Notes under the pieces: model-generated
Told to the model about the DNA's origin: nothing
The model's database searches: none
What the model saw: the letters and a program-made list of their open reading frames with translations, nothing else
Origin: an uncultured bacterium
GTDB lineage: Bacteria > Verrucomicrobiota > Verrucomicrobiia > Verrucomicrobiales > DEV007
Length of the DNA stretch: 64,000 nucleotides
Assembly: GCA_963977015.1 (NCBI GenBank)
Contig: CAXBMO010000002.1
Coordinates: 1 to 64,000, forward strand
Direction of reading: 5' to 3'
Program-made: the position numbers and the translations under genes
Shown: in pieces, positions 48,997-58,935 of the stretch
How positions within the stretch are numbered: position 1 is the first letter of the stretch
Layout of the letters: each line of letters opens with the position of its first letter

Positions 48997-49404
48997 ATGG
49001 AACCTCAGGAACATGACGAACTCTGGACGCTGCTTGGCAAATCCCCGCCAAAGAAAGCATCGGGAGCCTTTGTTCAAAACACCCTTCGTGAAGTCAGAAA
49101 ATCACAATCGACGGCTAACGAAGCCGGCGGTTCTTGGTTGGATTTCTTCAAAAGCCCGGTTCTTGTCGGCTCGTTCGCCGCCTTGATCGTTTTGACGATT
49201 GCCATCCTGGCGATTCCGCAAACCCCTGAAAAAACTGGGATTGCGTCGATACCAACGGAAGAATCCACTCGAAGCGTGGTTTCCGGGGATGAAGTCGATA
49301 TCTTGACTGAAGAATTGGAAGTTCTTACGATGGTCAGCGAATTTCTCGCGGTTTCTGATCCGAGCTACTTGGATGACGCGGCGTTGGCCGAACTCCTGTT
49401 CTAA
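48997..49404 (+). CDS. Hypothetical single-TM protein (anti-sigma-like architecture)
   Basis: DELWTLLG..SGAFVQNTLREVR, central TM, acidic C-terminus. Confidence 0.7.
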   Translation: MEPQEHDELWTLLGKSPPKKASGAFVQNTLREVRKSQSTANEAGGSWLDFFKSPVLVGSFAALIVLTIAILAIPQTPEKTGIASIPTEESTRSVVSGDEVDILTEELEVLTMVSEFLAVSDPSYLDDAALAELLF

Positions 49405-49412
49405 AGGAGCAG

Positions 49413-52400
49413 CTAGGGAGCGTCTGGGGCAAAACCTCGCCGCATCGTGTTCTCGGTCACTACTTTCGGGTTCATGAACTGGAGCAAATAGTCCGGTCCA
49501 CCAGCTTTGGAACCGACGCCCGACATGGCGCTGCCTCCAAATGCCTGTCGCCCCACCAGCGCCCCTGTGATTCCCCGATTCAAGTAGAGGTTACCGACGT
49601 CAAACTCTCGTCTCGCACGTTCCAGATGGCTGGGCGTACGACTGAAAACACCGCCCGTCAGCGCATAGTCAGTCGAGTTCCCAGCGACCAGCGCTTCGTC
49701 AAAATCCCGAACCCGCATCACCACGAGTAGCGGTCCAAAAACTTCTTCCTGAGCAATCCGGTGTTCCGGCTTAATGCCCGTGAAGATCATGATCGGCGCA
49801 ACGCTTCCACGTCCCCGACACTCAGATTCGAAAGCCAGATCTCCTTCTTCCTTTGCAATCGAAGCGTATTTCTGAAATTTGGCCAACGCCGATTCATTGA
49901 TCAACGCCCCCATGTGATACTGAGGATCCTCGCTGGGCCCGAGTTTCCAACCTTTGGCGGCATCAACCAGCCGGTTCACAAAGCGGTCGTGAACCGAATC
50001 GAGAACGATCACGCGAGAACAAGCGGAACACTTTTGCCCCTGAAACCCAAAGGCGGACCGGAGCACCGCAGGAACGGCTTCGTCCAGGTCAGCGTCGTCA
50101 TCAACGATGATCGCATTCTTGCCGCCCATTTCCGCGATGACCCGTTTTACGTGGCGTTGTTCGGGATGCGTCACGGCCGCCCGCTCGATGATTCGCAAAC
50201 CCGTTTGGCGTGATCCCGTAAACGCAATGGTTGCAACATCGGGGTGGATATTGAGTTCGCCGCCAATTTCCCGCCCGGAGCCCGGCACGAAATTCAGCAC
50301 TCCATCGGGCAATCCTGCGTCATGAAGAAGCGCGACTAGAATGGAGCCGGTAATCGCAGAGAGACCGGAGGGTTTGAAGACGACCGTGTTTCCCGTGACG
50401 AGAGCCGCAGCAATCATGCCCGCGCTGATCGCAAACGGAAAATTCCAAGGAGCAATTACCGCAGTTACTCCCCGCCCTTCGTTCGATAGCGAGTTTGCCT
50501 CACCGGGCAGTTGCAGGAGCGAATTGGCCAAGCTCAGACGCTCGGCTTCTCGGGCGTAGTAGCGAAAGAAGTCGATCATTTCTTCGATCTCTCCACTGGC
50601 CTCCTGCCATTGTTTTCCAACCTCCAGAATGGCCCAGGATGCGAGTTCAAACCTGCGTTCTTCGCAAAGGTCAGCAGCTCGGTTCAGAATAGCACTGCGC
50701 TCCGCCTGGCTCGTTTTCTTCCAACTGAGAAATGCCGCTTGGGCAGACGCAATGGCGTTGCTGGCATCCCCCTTTCGTCCCAGATGAAACCTGCCCAGAA
50801 CTTCATCAGGCAGGTTCGGGTTGAACGATGTCGCGAGATTCCCGGATTCAACCTTTTCCCCATTGATCACGAGAAAATGCTCTTCTCCCAAGCCCGATGC
50901 CCGGATTCCCGCGATCGCGTCCTGCATTCTGGTGCGATTCGCTGCAATGGTGAAATCAACGGTCGAAACGTTTCGAAATTCCGATTCCCTGGAGGATCTG
51001 GTTTTGGGCGGGGATTTGCGCAGTTCATCAACCGGATTTTTCAACAGCGCACCCATATCTGTTTCCTCACCAAAAGTCGCCCGCAGGAAACTTTGGTTGG
51101 CGGTGTTTTCGAGAATTCTCCGCACGAGGTAAGCCATTCCCGGAATCAGCTCGCCAAACGGGGCATACAATCGCACCCGGCCAGCAATATCGCGAATCGC
51201 GTCGCGAACCGGCTCAGCCATCCCATAGAGCAGCTGAAACTCGAAGCAATCCGCAGCAACCTTCAGTTTCCTGGCAGTTTCCAAAACAACAGCGATCGAC
51301 CGAATGTTGTGCGAGGCGCAGGCAAAATAGCAGATATCAGAGTTCTCCAGCAGGATACGGCTGCACTTTTCGAAATTGGCATCGGTTTGCGGTTTCTGCT
51401 CCCAAACGCGGTTTGCCCATCCGTTTTGGGCTGCGATCACCGTTTCGCAGTCCCAATAGGCGCCTTTCACGAGCCGAATCGCCGATGGCAGGTTCTCTTC
51501 CCGCATCCACGCAAGCAGGTTGCGTAAATCCGCTTCCGTCTCGCGCAGATAGGCCTGCAACACGATTCCCAGATTCTGGTAGCCGGGGTTCTCACTCCGC
51601 AGGCGACGAAAAACTTCAATCGTGATGTCCTTCAAGCGGTAGCTCTCCATATCCAGACACACCGCGGCCCCCGTTTCATTCGCCTTCCCGACGATCTTCC
51701 GCAACCGCCCCAAAATTCCGTTCACAGATCCCTCGAAATCCAGGGGATCGACCAACGAATAGAGGGCGCTTGGCTTGACCGAGATTTGGGCGATCGGTGC
51801 CGAGTCCCAATCGAGGCTCGCCTGTTCGCTCGCGCGAATCGGATTCAGCTTCTGATCCGCAAATTGATCCAGCACCGCCAAATAAGACTGCAGATGTTCC
51901 TCCGCCTCCTTCTCGGTCACGACAGCCTCACCCAACAGATCGAGAATTACGGCATACTCCTCCTTGCGAAGCTTCTTGGCTCCTCGCATTGCCTCTTCGA
52001 TCCCGGAACCGACGATGAATTGATGGGCCATCATTTCCAGATTCTTGCGAATCGCCACGTTCATGACGGAATGGCCCGCCCGCCCCAGAAATCCGCTGGT
52101 TTGAGCGCCGAATCTCAGGAACGCGGGAATATCGCCGCCATCCGCGACAAAATATTCCTGGATCAACCGATGGAGCTGCCCCGGATTGCTCACGCTTGGG
52201 TAAGCATCCACAAATCGAAGCAGTCTGACGCGGAAATCGGGCTTGCTCATTGCCCAGGACATCAGCTTTCCCGTCCATTGAGTGGAATCAAACACGGAGG
52301 GCTTTTTCCCTTCAATGACGGAAAAAATCTCTCGGGCCCGGGCCTGAACACGCTCCTCCAACTGCGATTGAGTAGCCGCATTTTCGCGAGAAAGGCCAAC

Positions 52401-52427
52401 GGTGGAAGGAATGAAGGAAGCAGGCAT
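49413..52427 (-). CDS. putA: Bifunctional proline dehydrogenase / P5C dehydrogenase
   Basis: DLLGEA, DMES, LQAYL, RLVKGAYWD, ASHNIRS, YLVRRILENTAN; APWNFP, FTGS, EMGGKN, GQKCSACSR, EEVFGP. Confidence 0.95.
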   Translation of the reverse strand: MPASFIPSTVGLSRENAATQSQLEERVQARAREIFSVIEGKKPSVFDSTQWTGKLMSWAMSKPDFRVRLLRFVDAYPSVSNPGQLHRLIQEYFVADGGDIPAFLRFGAQTSGFLGRAGHSVMNVAIRKNLEMMAHQFIVGSGIEEAMRGAKKLRKEEYAVILDLLGEAVVTEKEAEEHLQSYLAVLDQFADQKLNPIRASEQASLDWDSAPIAQISVKPSALYSLVDPLDFEGSVNGILGRLRKIVGKANETGAAVCLDMESYRLKDITIEVFRRLRSENPGYQNLGIVLQAYLRETEADLRNLLAWMREENLPSAIRLVKGAYWDCETVIAAQNGWANRVWEQKPQTDANFEKCSRILLENSDICYFACASHNIRSIAVVLETARKLKVAADCFEFQLLYGMAEPVRDAIRDIAGRVRLYAPFGELIPGMAYLVRRILENTANQSFLRATFGEETDMGALLKNPVDELRKSPPKTRSSRESEFRNVSTVDFTIAANRTRMQDAIAGIRASGLGEEHFLVINGEKVESGNLATSFNPNLPDEVLGRFHLGRKGDASNAIASAQAAFLSWKKTSQAERSAILNRAADLCEERRFELASWAILEVGKQWQEASGEIEEMIDFFRYYAREAERLSLANSLLQLPGEANSLSNEGRGVTAVIAPWNFPFAISAGMIAAALVTGNTVVFKPSGLSAITGSILVALLHDAGLPDGVLNFVPGSGREIGGELNIHPDVATIAFTGSRQTGLRIIERAAVTHPEQRHVKRVIAEMGGKNAIIVDDDADLDEAVPAVLRSAFGFQGQKCSACSRVIVLDSVHDRFVNRLVDAAKGWKLGPSEDPQYHMGALINESALAKFQKYASIAKEEGDLAFESECRGRGSVAPIMIFTGIKPEHRIAQEEVFGPLLVVMRVRDFDEALVAGNSTDYALTGGVFSRTPSHLERARREFDVGNLYLNRGITGALVGRQAFGGSAMSGVGSKAGGPDYLLQFMNPKVVTENTMRRGFAPDAP

Positions 52428-52588
52428 AGAGAGGGAGGTTGCCTTCCTTGTTAGATTGTCCGACAATTAGGGATTCTGCAAGACAATTCGAGTCTTCCGA
52501 TCACGGAAAGCAACTCCAAAGTCGGCTCCGTTTTTCAATCTTCTTCCACTGGACTGCTTTGGGGTATTCGGTTAGAACCGCCCCGAGA

Positions 52589-54178
52589 ATGAGACTCTGG
52601 CATGCCCTTGCACTGGTGACCGTCTTGTGGTTCGCAATGTATGTTCCCTATCTTGGATCTCACGAGATTCGAGGAGAGGAACCACGCCGCATTTTGCCCG
52701 CACGCACCATGCTCCAGAACGGAGACTTTGTGGTTCCGCGAGTCGGAGGCGAAATTTACAGTCGCAAGCCTCCTCTGATCAACTGGAGCATTGCCGCGGC
52801 TTTCGCCGTGACGGGAGACAACGTCTGGTCGGCCCGATGGCCGTCGATTCTCTGGTTACTCGCGTTCGCCTTCGCGGCCGTGATCGCCCTCAAAGATCGA
52901 TTTGGAATCTGGCGCGCGACGACGGTCGCACTCTTCTTTCTCAGCTGCTTTGGGGTGCTTGACAAGGGGCGAATGGCCGAGATTGAAGCGATGTATGTCG
53001 CCCAGATTGGCATCGCGTTTGTGCTTTGGCTCAGGTGGTGGACGGATGGCCGCCGTTGGCTGGCATACACGATCCCCTGGCTCTTTCTGGGGCTGGGACT
53101 GCTCGCCAAAGGACCGGTGCATCTTCTCTTTTTCTATCCAGTCGTCATTGCCACGGTTTGGAAAGCAGGCCGGCTGCGAGAGCTCTTTCACCCGGCTCAT
53201 CTCCTCGGAATCGTGCTGATGGTTGGCGTTTTCGCTCCCTGGGCCTATCTGAACTACCAGCAGGTCGGCTCGGCAGAAGAGACCTCGGGTGTCTGGATTC
53301 AGCAATTCGCGGCGCGACTCGGCCTGCACAATGTCGATATCGGAGGATGGCTGATCCGACCGGTCGAAATGGCGAAAGACTTCCTGCCCTGGACCATCCC
53401 CCTCATTTGGGCATGGCTGCAACTTCGGGGCAACTCGCCCCGTCCGACCGACGATTGGGACATCGCGATGTGGGGTTCTCGATTCGGACTGATTTTTGGC
53501 TTTGTCATGATCTCGCTCGCCCCAAAAGGTGAGGCTCGCTACGTGATGCCGGTTTTCCCGGTAGCCGCAGTGATTCTGGTCGATCTCCTGAGGCGAATTG
53601 AGGACGCTCCCCGGCTGCAATTCGATCGTTGGTGGCGAAAAAGCAACGCCGCGCTCGCGATCGCTCTGCCCGTGGTCGCGGTGGCCGCAATCTGGATCGT
53701 TCCCTTCTTTGGCCCATCAACGCCCCTGGTTCCGGCCCTGGGGGCGATTGGAATTTGTTTGCTCTCCGTCTTCCTCGTCAAGCGATTCACGATGTGGCCG
53801 CCTCTCGTCCACACCTGTATCGTCTTTGCCGCTGCGATCTTTCTTGCTTTCACCCACGTGGTTTCTCTCGAACGCGAACACGCGTTTCACCGTCCTCATG
53901 CGACGGAACTCCTTGGCCATCTCGACGATCCTAACCGTCTTCTTGCGTTTTATGATCCGGAGAATCTTCGTTTTCTCGTTTATGTTTCCCATCCCTATGT
54001 TGAAGCGGCCAGGATTTCTGAAATGCCGGAAAATCCCGGATACCTCGCCATCAAGAAAGAAGATCTGAAACTCAAAAAGGTTGAGAAATACCTTCGCCCG
54101 TTTCGCACCAGGGAACTGGCGGACTTTCATTGGGAGAAGAAGGATTTCGTCTTGTTGAAACTGGATCGCCTGGAGTGA
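52589..54178 (+). CDS. GT39/ArnT-like membrane glycosyltransferase
   Basis: EEPRR..ARTM, YSRKPPLINW, LAKGPV, RYVMP; multiple TM segments. Confidence 0.87.
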   Translation: MRLWHALALVTVLWFAMYVPYLGSHEIRGEEPRRILPARTMLQNGDFVVPRVGGEIYSRKPPLINWSIAAAFAVTGDNVWSARWPSILWLLAFAFAAVIALKDRFGIWRATTVALFFLSCFGVLDKGRMAEIEAMYVAQIGIAFVLWLRWWTDGRRWLAYTIPWLFLGLGLLAKGPVHLLFFYPVVIATVWKAGRLRELFHPAHLLGIVLMVGVFAPWAYLNYQQVGSAEETSGVWIQQFAARLGLHNVDIGGWLIRPVEMAKDFLPWTIPLIWAWLQLRGNSPRPTDDWDIAMWGSRFGLIFGFVMISLAPKGEARYVMPVFPVAAVILVDLLRRIEDAPRLQFDRWWRKSNAALAIALPVVAVAAIWIVPFFGPSTPLVPALGAIGICLLSVFLVKRFTMWPPLVHTCIVFAAAIFLAFTHVVSLEREHAFHRPHATELLGHLDDPNRLLAFYDPENLRFLVYVSHPYVEAARISEMPENPGYLAIKKEDLKLKKVEKYLRPFRTRELADFHWEKKDFVLLKLDRLE

Positions 54179-54288
54179 CTTTCCACGTTTTTACAATCTT
54201 CTGACACATTCCCCCGTAACAACGTGGCATGCTTTCCCTAATAAGAAGTTGGGATGTGTGTCTAAACTTGTAACCCCACGTTGTTCCG

Positions 54289-56643
54289 ATGAAATCCAGA
54301 TTCCTGATTCTCTTCCTTTGTGTCGCCTTTCTTCCCTTCCACCAGGCGACGGCCAACGGTCTCATCATTGTTGATCGGGCGATTGATCATCCCATCATCA
54401 TTCCAGAACCTCCGCACCCTCCCCTGCCACCTCGTCCACGTCCGCGACCGCCAAGGCCGATTCACCGGCACATGCCGTTGGATCTGAAACAGCAGAAGGT
54501 TGAGATCACCATCGATGATCAGGTTGCAACGACTGAAGTTTTTCAAGTCTTCAAAAACCCCACGTCGCGAAGACTTGAAGGAACCTTCATTTTTCCTGTC
54601 CCTAAAAATGCCCAGGTCACGGAATTCGCCATGGAGGTGAATGGCGAATTGGTCGAAGCAGAGTTACTCGACGCGGCAAAAGCCAGAAAAATTTACGAAG
54701 ACATCGTACGTCGCGCGTTGGACCCCGCTCTGTTTGAATATGCATCCCGGGGATTGTTCAAGGTGCGCATTTTTCCGATCGAACCCCATTCCGAGAAAGA
54801 ATTGAGGATCAAGTATACGGAACTGCTGAAAAAGGATGGCAACCTGGTGCTGTATAACTACCCGCTGAATGTCGCGAAATATTGTAAGACGCCGATCCCC
54901 GATTTCTCCTTGCGAGTTCAGATCGAAGCGAGTGAAGGCAAGAACCTGAAAACGATCTATTCTCCATCACACGAGATTGAGATATCACGCAAAGGGGAAC
55001 GCCGGGCCGTTCTGGGCTTGGAAGAAAGCAAAATGGACGTCGATCGCGACCTTCAGATCTACTATTCGCTGCGACCGGAAGGCAATGATCCGGTGACCAT
55101 GGATTTCCTGACTTATCACGAAAACAATGCAAAGGAGGCAGGCCATTTCATGCTGTTGCTTAGCCCGGAAGATTGGAACGACAACGCCAGGGTGATTCCC
55201 AAAGACGTCGTTTTCGTCTTCGATTCATCGGGATCAATGCGAGGTGAGAAAATGGAGCAGGCTCAAAAGGCGATGGATTTCTGTATCAACAGCCTCAACC
55301 CCGAAGATCGTTTTGAAATCATTCGATTCTCAACCGAAGCAGAATCCGTGTTTGAGGAGTTGGTCACAGCAACGGAGGCAAACCGGAAGAAAGCGTCCAA
55401 GTTCGTCGAGTCCGTTCGTGCGATCGGCGGAACCGCCATCGAGGAAGCACTGACACTGGCCATTGAGACGGCCACCAAGTCGCCGGACAAAAACCGTCCT
55501 CTCCAGATTATCTTCATGACGGATGGAAAGCCAACCCTTGGGGCGACCAAGAAGGAAGTCATTCTGAATTCCGTCAGAGGCGCGATGAAGAACAGCGCTC
55601 TAAAACCTCGAATCTTCTGCTTCGGAATTGGCACCAATATCAATACGCATCTGTTGGACCTCGTCACCGAGGAGACGCGCGCCGTCAGTCAATACGTTCT
55701 TCCAGACGAAGATATTGAGCACAAGGTTTCTACCTTTTATGCGAAGATCTCGGACCCCGTTCTCACCAATCTCTCCGTAAAATTGGAAGGAGTGGAATGG
55801 GTTCGCAATCGCTATCCCAAGGATCTCCCTGACCTCTTTCATGGCGATCAACTCGTCGTCTTGGGCCGTTTTGGTGCCGAAGAAAAACGCGGGGAGGTCG
55901 TCCTGAAAGGCTCCATCCAAGGCAAAGAACGAACCTTCAAACTTCCCGTCCAATTTGGGGCCTCCGACCGCGATACCGGCTTTGTCGCCAACCTCTGGGC
56001 TACGCGACGAGTCGGATACCTCCTGGATCAAATCCGTCTTCATGGTGAAAGCGATGAGTTGAAAGAGGAGGTTGTCGAATTGGCTCGTAAATTCGGAATC
56101 GTCACCCCCTATACCACGTTCCTGATTGTCGAAGATGAAACACGTCGCGCGGTCCCGGAATCCTTGCGCACGCAATTGCCCGTACCGGCCGAAGCTCGAG
56201 AAGGCAGAGCCATGGGAGGCAGCGGCGGCGGCGTTGGTCGCGATGATCCGTTTGCTGATATCTCAGAGGAATACGACGCCTTGAAGTCCAAAACCGATGG
56301 CAGTTCAGCGGTCGCCGCCGCAAGATCGAACGATCGACTCAAGAACGCAAAAGGGGCCTACAGCAACACGGAAGCCAACCTCGAAGCGGAGAAGGCTCAA
56401 GGCTACAAGATAGGTGCGACGCCCACCCGCAACATTGCTGGAAAAACGTTCTATCAGAAAGAGGCAGTCTGGACCGACAGCGAAGCTCAGGCGCTGGTCA
56501 ACAAACTCAAGAAGCGCGAGATCCAGTTTGGATCGAAGGAATACTTCGATCTTCTCAGCGAAAATCTCTATCTCACCAATTGGCTCTCCGTTGGGCCTCA
56601 GGTCGATCTTGTTCTGAACGATGAACTGATTCAAATCCGATGA
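54289..56643 (+). CDS. VIT + vWA domain protein (inter-alpha-trypsin inhibitor-like), secreted
   Basis: VIT (QVFKNP..LEGTFIFPVP..DPALFE), MIDAS DSSGSM, GGT, MTDG; LWA.RRVGYLL, IVTPYTTFL. Confidence 0.92.
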   Translation: MKSRFLILFLCVAFLPFHQATANGLIIVDRAIDHPIIIPEPPHPPLPPRPRPRPPRPIHRHMPLDLKQQKVEITIDDQVATTEVFQVFKNPTSRRLEGTFIFPVPKNAQVTEFAMEVNGELVEAELLDAAKARKIYEDIVRRALDPALFEYASRGLFKVRIFPIEPHSEKELRIKYTELLKKDGNLVLYNYPLNVAKYCKTPIPDFSLRVQIEASEGKNLKTIYSPSHEIEISRKGERRAVLGLEESKMDVDRDLQIYYSLRPEGNDPVTMDFLTYHENNAKEAGHFMLLLSPEDWNDNARVIPKDVVFVFDSSGSMRGEKMEQAQKAMDFCINSLNPEDRFEIIRFSTEAESVFEELVTATEANRKKASKFVESVRAIGGTAIEEALTLAIETATKSPDKNRPLQIIFMTDGKPTLGATKKEVILNSVRGAMKNSALKPRIFCFGIGTNINTHLLDLVTEETRAVSQYVLPDEDIEHKVSTFYAKISDPVLTNLSVKLEGVEWVRNRYPKDLPDLFHGDQLVVLGRFGAEEKRGEVVLKGSIQGKERTFKLPVQFGASDRDTGFVANLWATRRVGYLLDQIRLHGESDELKEEVVELARKFGIVTPYTTFLIVEDETRRAVPESLRTQLPVPAEAREGRAMGGSGGGVGRDDPFADISEEYDALKSKTDGSSAVAAARSNDRLKNAKGAYSNTEANLEAEKAQGYKIGATPTRNIAGKTFYQKEAVWTDSEAQALVNKLKKREIQFGSKEYFDLLSENLYLTNWLSVGPQVDLVLNDELIQIR

Positions 56644-57818
56644 AAACACCCAAATACCTCCTCCCAGCGTTGGCTGTTGCCGCGCTGCTCGCTCCAAGTT
56701 ATGGAGCCGCCGAAAAACTCGAACGTCCCAAAGTCGAAGTCTGTTTCGTTCTCGATACGACCGGCTCGATGGGCGGACTGATTCAAGGGGCGAAAGACAA
56801 AATCTGGTCGATCGCCAATGAAATGGTCTCCACCAAACCCGCTCCCGAGATTCGCTTTGGACTGATTGGCTATCGCGACAAAGGCGACGCATATATCACC
56901 AAGGTTTATGATCTGAGCGAAGACATTGACGCCATCTACGGGCACCTGATGGAATTCAAGGCGCAAGGCGGGGGGGATGGTCCCGAGTCAGTCAACCAGG
57001 CGCTTCATGAGTCCGTCACCAAGATGAGTTGGAACAAGAGTAAGGACGTCCTCAAGATCGTCTTCCTCGTCGGAGACGCCCCTCCGCACATGGACTATCA
57101 AGACGACATGAAGTATCCAGAAATTTGCCAATTGGCGATGAAGCAGGACCTCATCATCAATACCATTCAGTGTGGAAACATGAATGGAACTCGAGAAGTC
57201 TGGGAAGAAATTGCCGGAAAGGGAGAAGGTGAATACGCCGCTATCCTGCAGAGCGGAGGAACCGTCGCAATTCGGTCTCCCTACGATGCTGAGATTTCCG
57301 AAATCAATCGCAAGTTGAATGCGACGGTCGTTGGATACGGCGACCGCAGGGCTCTAGCCGCGGCACGAAGCAAGGTCGCCGCAGCTTCAAGCGCGAAAGA
57401 GGAGGCGGCGGCCGATCGAGCCGACTACCTCATCAAGGCTGCCCCCTCAGCGGATCCGTTTGCCGACATCAGCGGAGGTGGTGGCGGAGCGGTCAAAGTC
57501 ATCAGCGGCGACGAAGACCTGATCGCGCTGATCGCGGAAAAGAAGGTCACTCTCGAAGAACTCGAGGAAGAGAAATTGCCCGACAACCTGAAATCCATGA
57601 CTCAGGAAGAACGCACGGCTCATGTCGAAAAATTGCAAAAGGAACGTCAAGAGTTGCAGCAACAAATGGCCGAATTGGTGAAGCAACGCGGAGAGTTCCT
57701 CTCCGAAGAAAAGAAACGGCTCGCGGCAGCAGGCAAGAGCGACGGATTCGATCTCAAAGTGAAGAAGATGATCCGCGAACAGGCTGAAGCGAAAGGCATC
57801 AAATACGGCACCGAATAG
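56640..57818 (+). CDS. vWA domain protein, secreted
   Basis: FVLDTTGSMG, YRD, GGGDGPE, LVGDAPPH; ATGA overlap with the upstream gene. Confidence 0.9.
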   Translation: MKTPKYLLPALAVAALLAPSYGAAEKLERPKVEVCFVLDTTGSMGGLIQGAKDKIWSIANEMVSTKPAPEIRFGLIGYRDKGDAYITKVYDLSEDIDAIYGHLMEFKAQGGGDGPESVNQALHESVTKMSWNKSKDVLKIVFLVGDAPPHMDYQDDMKYPEICQLAMKQDLIINTIQCGNMNGTREVWEEIAGKGEGEYAAILQSGGTVAIRSPYDAEISEINRKLNATVVGYGDRRALAAARSKVAAASSAKEEAAADRADYLIKAAPSADPFADISGGGGGAVKVISGDEDLIALIAEKKVTLEELEEEKLPDNLKSMTQEERTAHVEKLQKERQELQQQMAELVKQRGEFLSEEKKRLAAAGKSDGFDLKVKKMIREQAEAKGIKYGTE

Positions 57819-57839
57819 GCAGCCCGCGCGGCCTGGTTT

Positions 57840-58898
57840 TCAGATGACCTCCAGCGTCCCGTTCTCCACTCGATAGAGCAGATCGGGATGCAGGTGGTCG
57901 TCCAGCCAGTCGAGATGCGTCGTTGTAATCAACTTCTGGGCGTCGGGCGGGAGGCTCGCCATCAGGGCATTGCGACGAGCCGGATCCAACTCGCCGAAAA
58001 TGTCATCCAACAAGAGCAAAGGCGCCTCTTCAGATTGATCCTGAAACAACCGCGCCTGCGCTAACTTGAGCGCCAAAGCGACGGTCCGTTGCTGGCCTTC
58101 CGAGGCAAACTGCGACGCAGACATTCCATTCAAGGTCAAAACCAGGTCGTCACGATGCGGCCCCGCTGCGGTGGACCGCCTTCGAGTCTCTTCCGACCGG
58201 GCTTCATCCAACGCCTCGCGAAGCCGATTTCCATTTGCCGATTGATAGACGATCTCCAATTTCTCATCTTTCCCGCTGATCTCACGCTGAACGCCTGCCG
58301 CAATCGGCGCGAGGGAGGCCACCATCTCATCCCGGCGTTTGGTGAGTTCCGCACCGTGCTCCACCAATATCTGGGTATAGGCATCGATTTGCCGCCAATT
58401 GGGCTGGGCATCCCGTTTGAGGAGGAAATTCCGCGAACGCAGGGCGCGGTCGTAAGCCCGCATCGCGGCGCGATAGGTAGGGAACAGTTGCGCCCCCATG
58501 AAATCGAGATAACGCCTTCGGGATTCCGCTCCTCCCGTCACCAAAGTCAGATCATCATTCGCCATCCAGACCACTTTGGCGGTGTGGCGAAGAAAGTTGC
58601 CGGATTTGCCCTGATTCTCTCCATCGACCCGCATTTTGCGGCGAGTCTTGCTGTATCCAAAGAGCAGATCCTGCTGGCGAAATTCGGCTGAAACGGCGAA
58701 TTCGCGATGGCCGAATTTGATGCAATCCGCGACCGAAGATGTGCGCGGCGATTGCAAACGCATCACCAAACAAACCGCCTCAAGCGCGGAAGTCTTTCCC
58801 TGCGCGTTGTCGCCAACAAAGATCGTCGCGCCAGCCCCAATTGGACACGTGGCCGATTCAAAGCAACGAAGCTGGCGGATGCTAAGGGTAGTCAGCAT
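57840..58898 (-). CDS. recF: DNA replication/repair protein RecF
   Basis: GDNAQGKTS, RRRYLD, GPHRDDL, ASEGQQR, LLLDDIFGELD. Confidence 0.95.
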   Translation of the reverse strand: MLTTLSIRQLRCFESATCPIGAGATIFVGDNAQGKTSALEAVCLVMRLQSPRTSSVADCIKFGHREFAVSAEFRQQDLLFGYSKTRRKMRVDGENQGKSGNFLRHTAKVVWMANDDLTLVTGGAESRRRYLDFMGAQLFPTYRAAMRAYDRALRSRNFLLKRDAQPNWRQIDAYTQILVEHGAELTKRRDEMVASLAPIAAGVQREISGKDEKLEIVYQSANGNRLREALDEARSEETRRRSTAAGPHRDDLVLTLNGMSASQFASEGQQRTVALALKLAQARLFQDQSEEAPLLLLDDIFGELDPARRNALMASLPPDAQKLITTTHLDWLDDHLHPDLLYRVENGTLEVI

Positions 58899-58935
58899 GG
58901 CGCAATCACTAACACCACGCCTGGCATTGGGAAAT

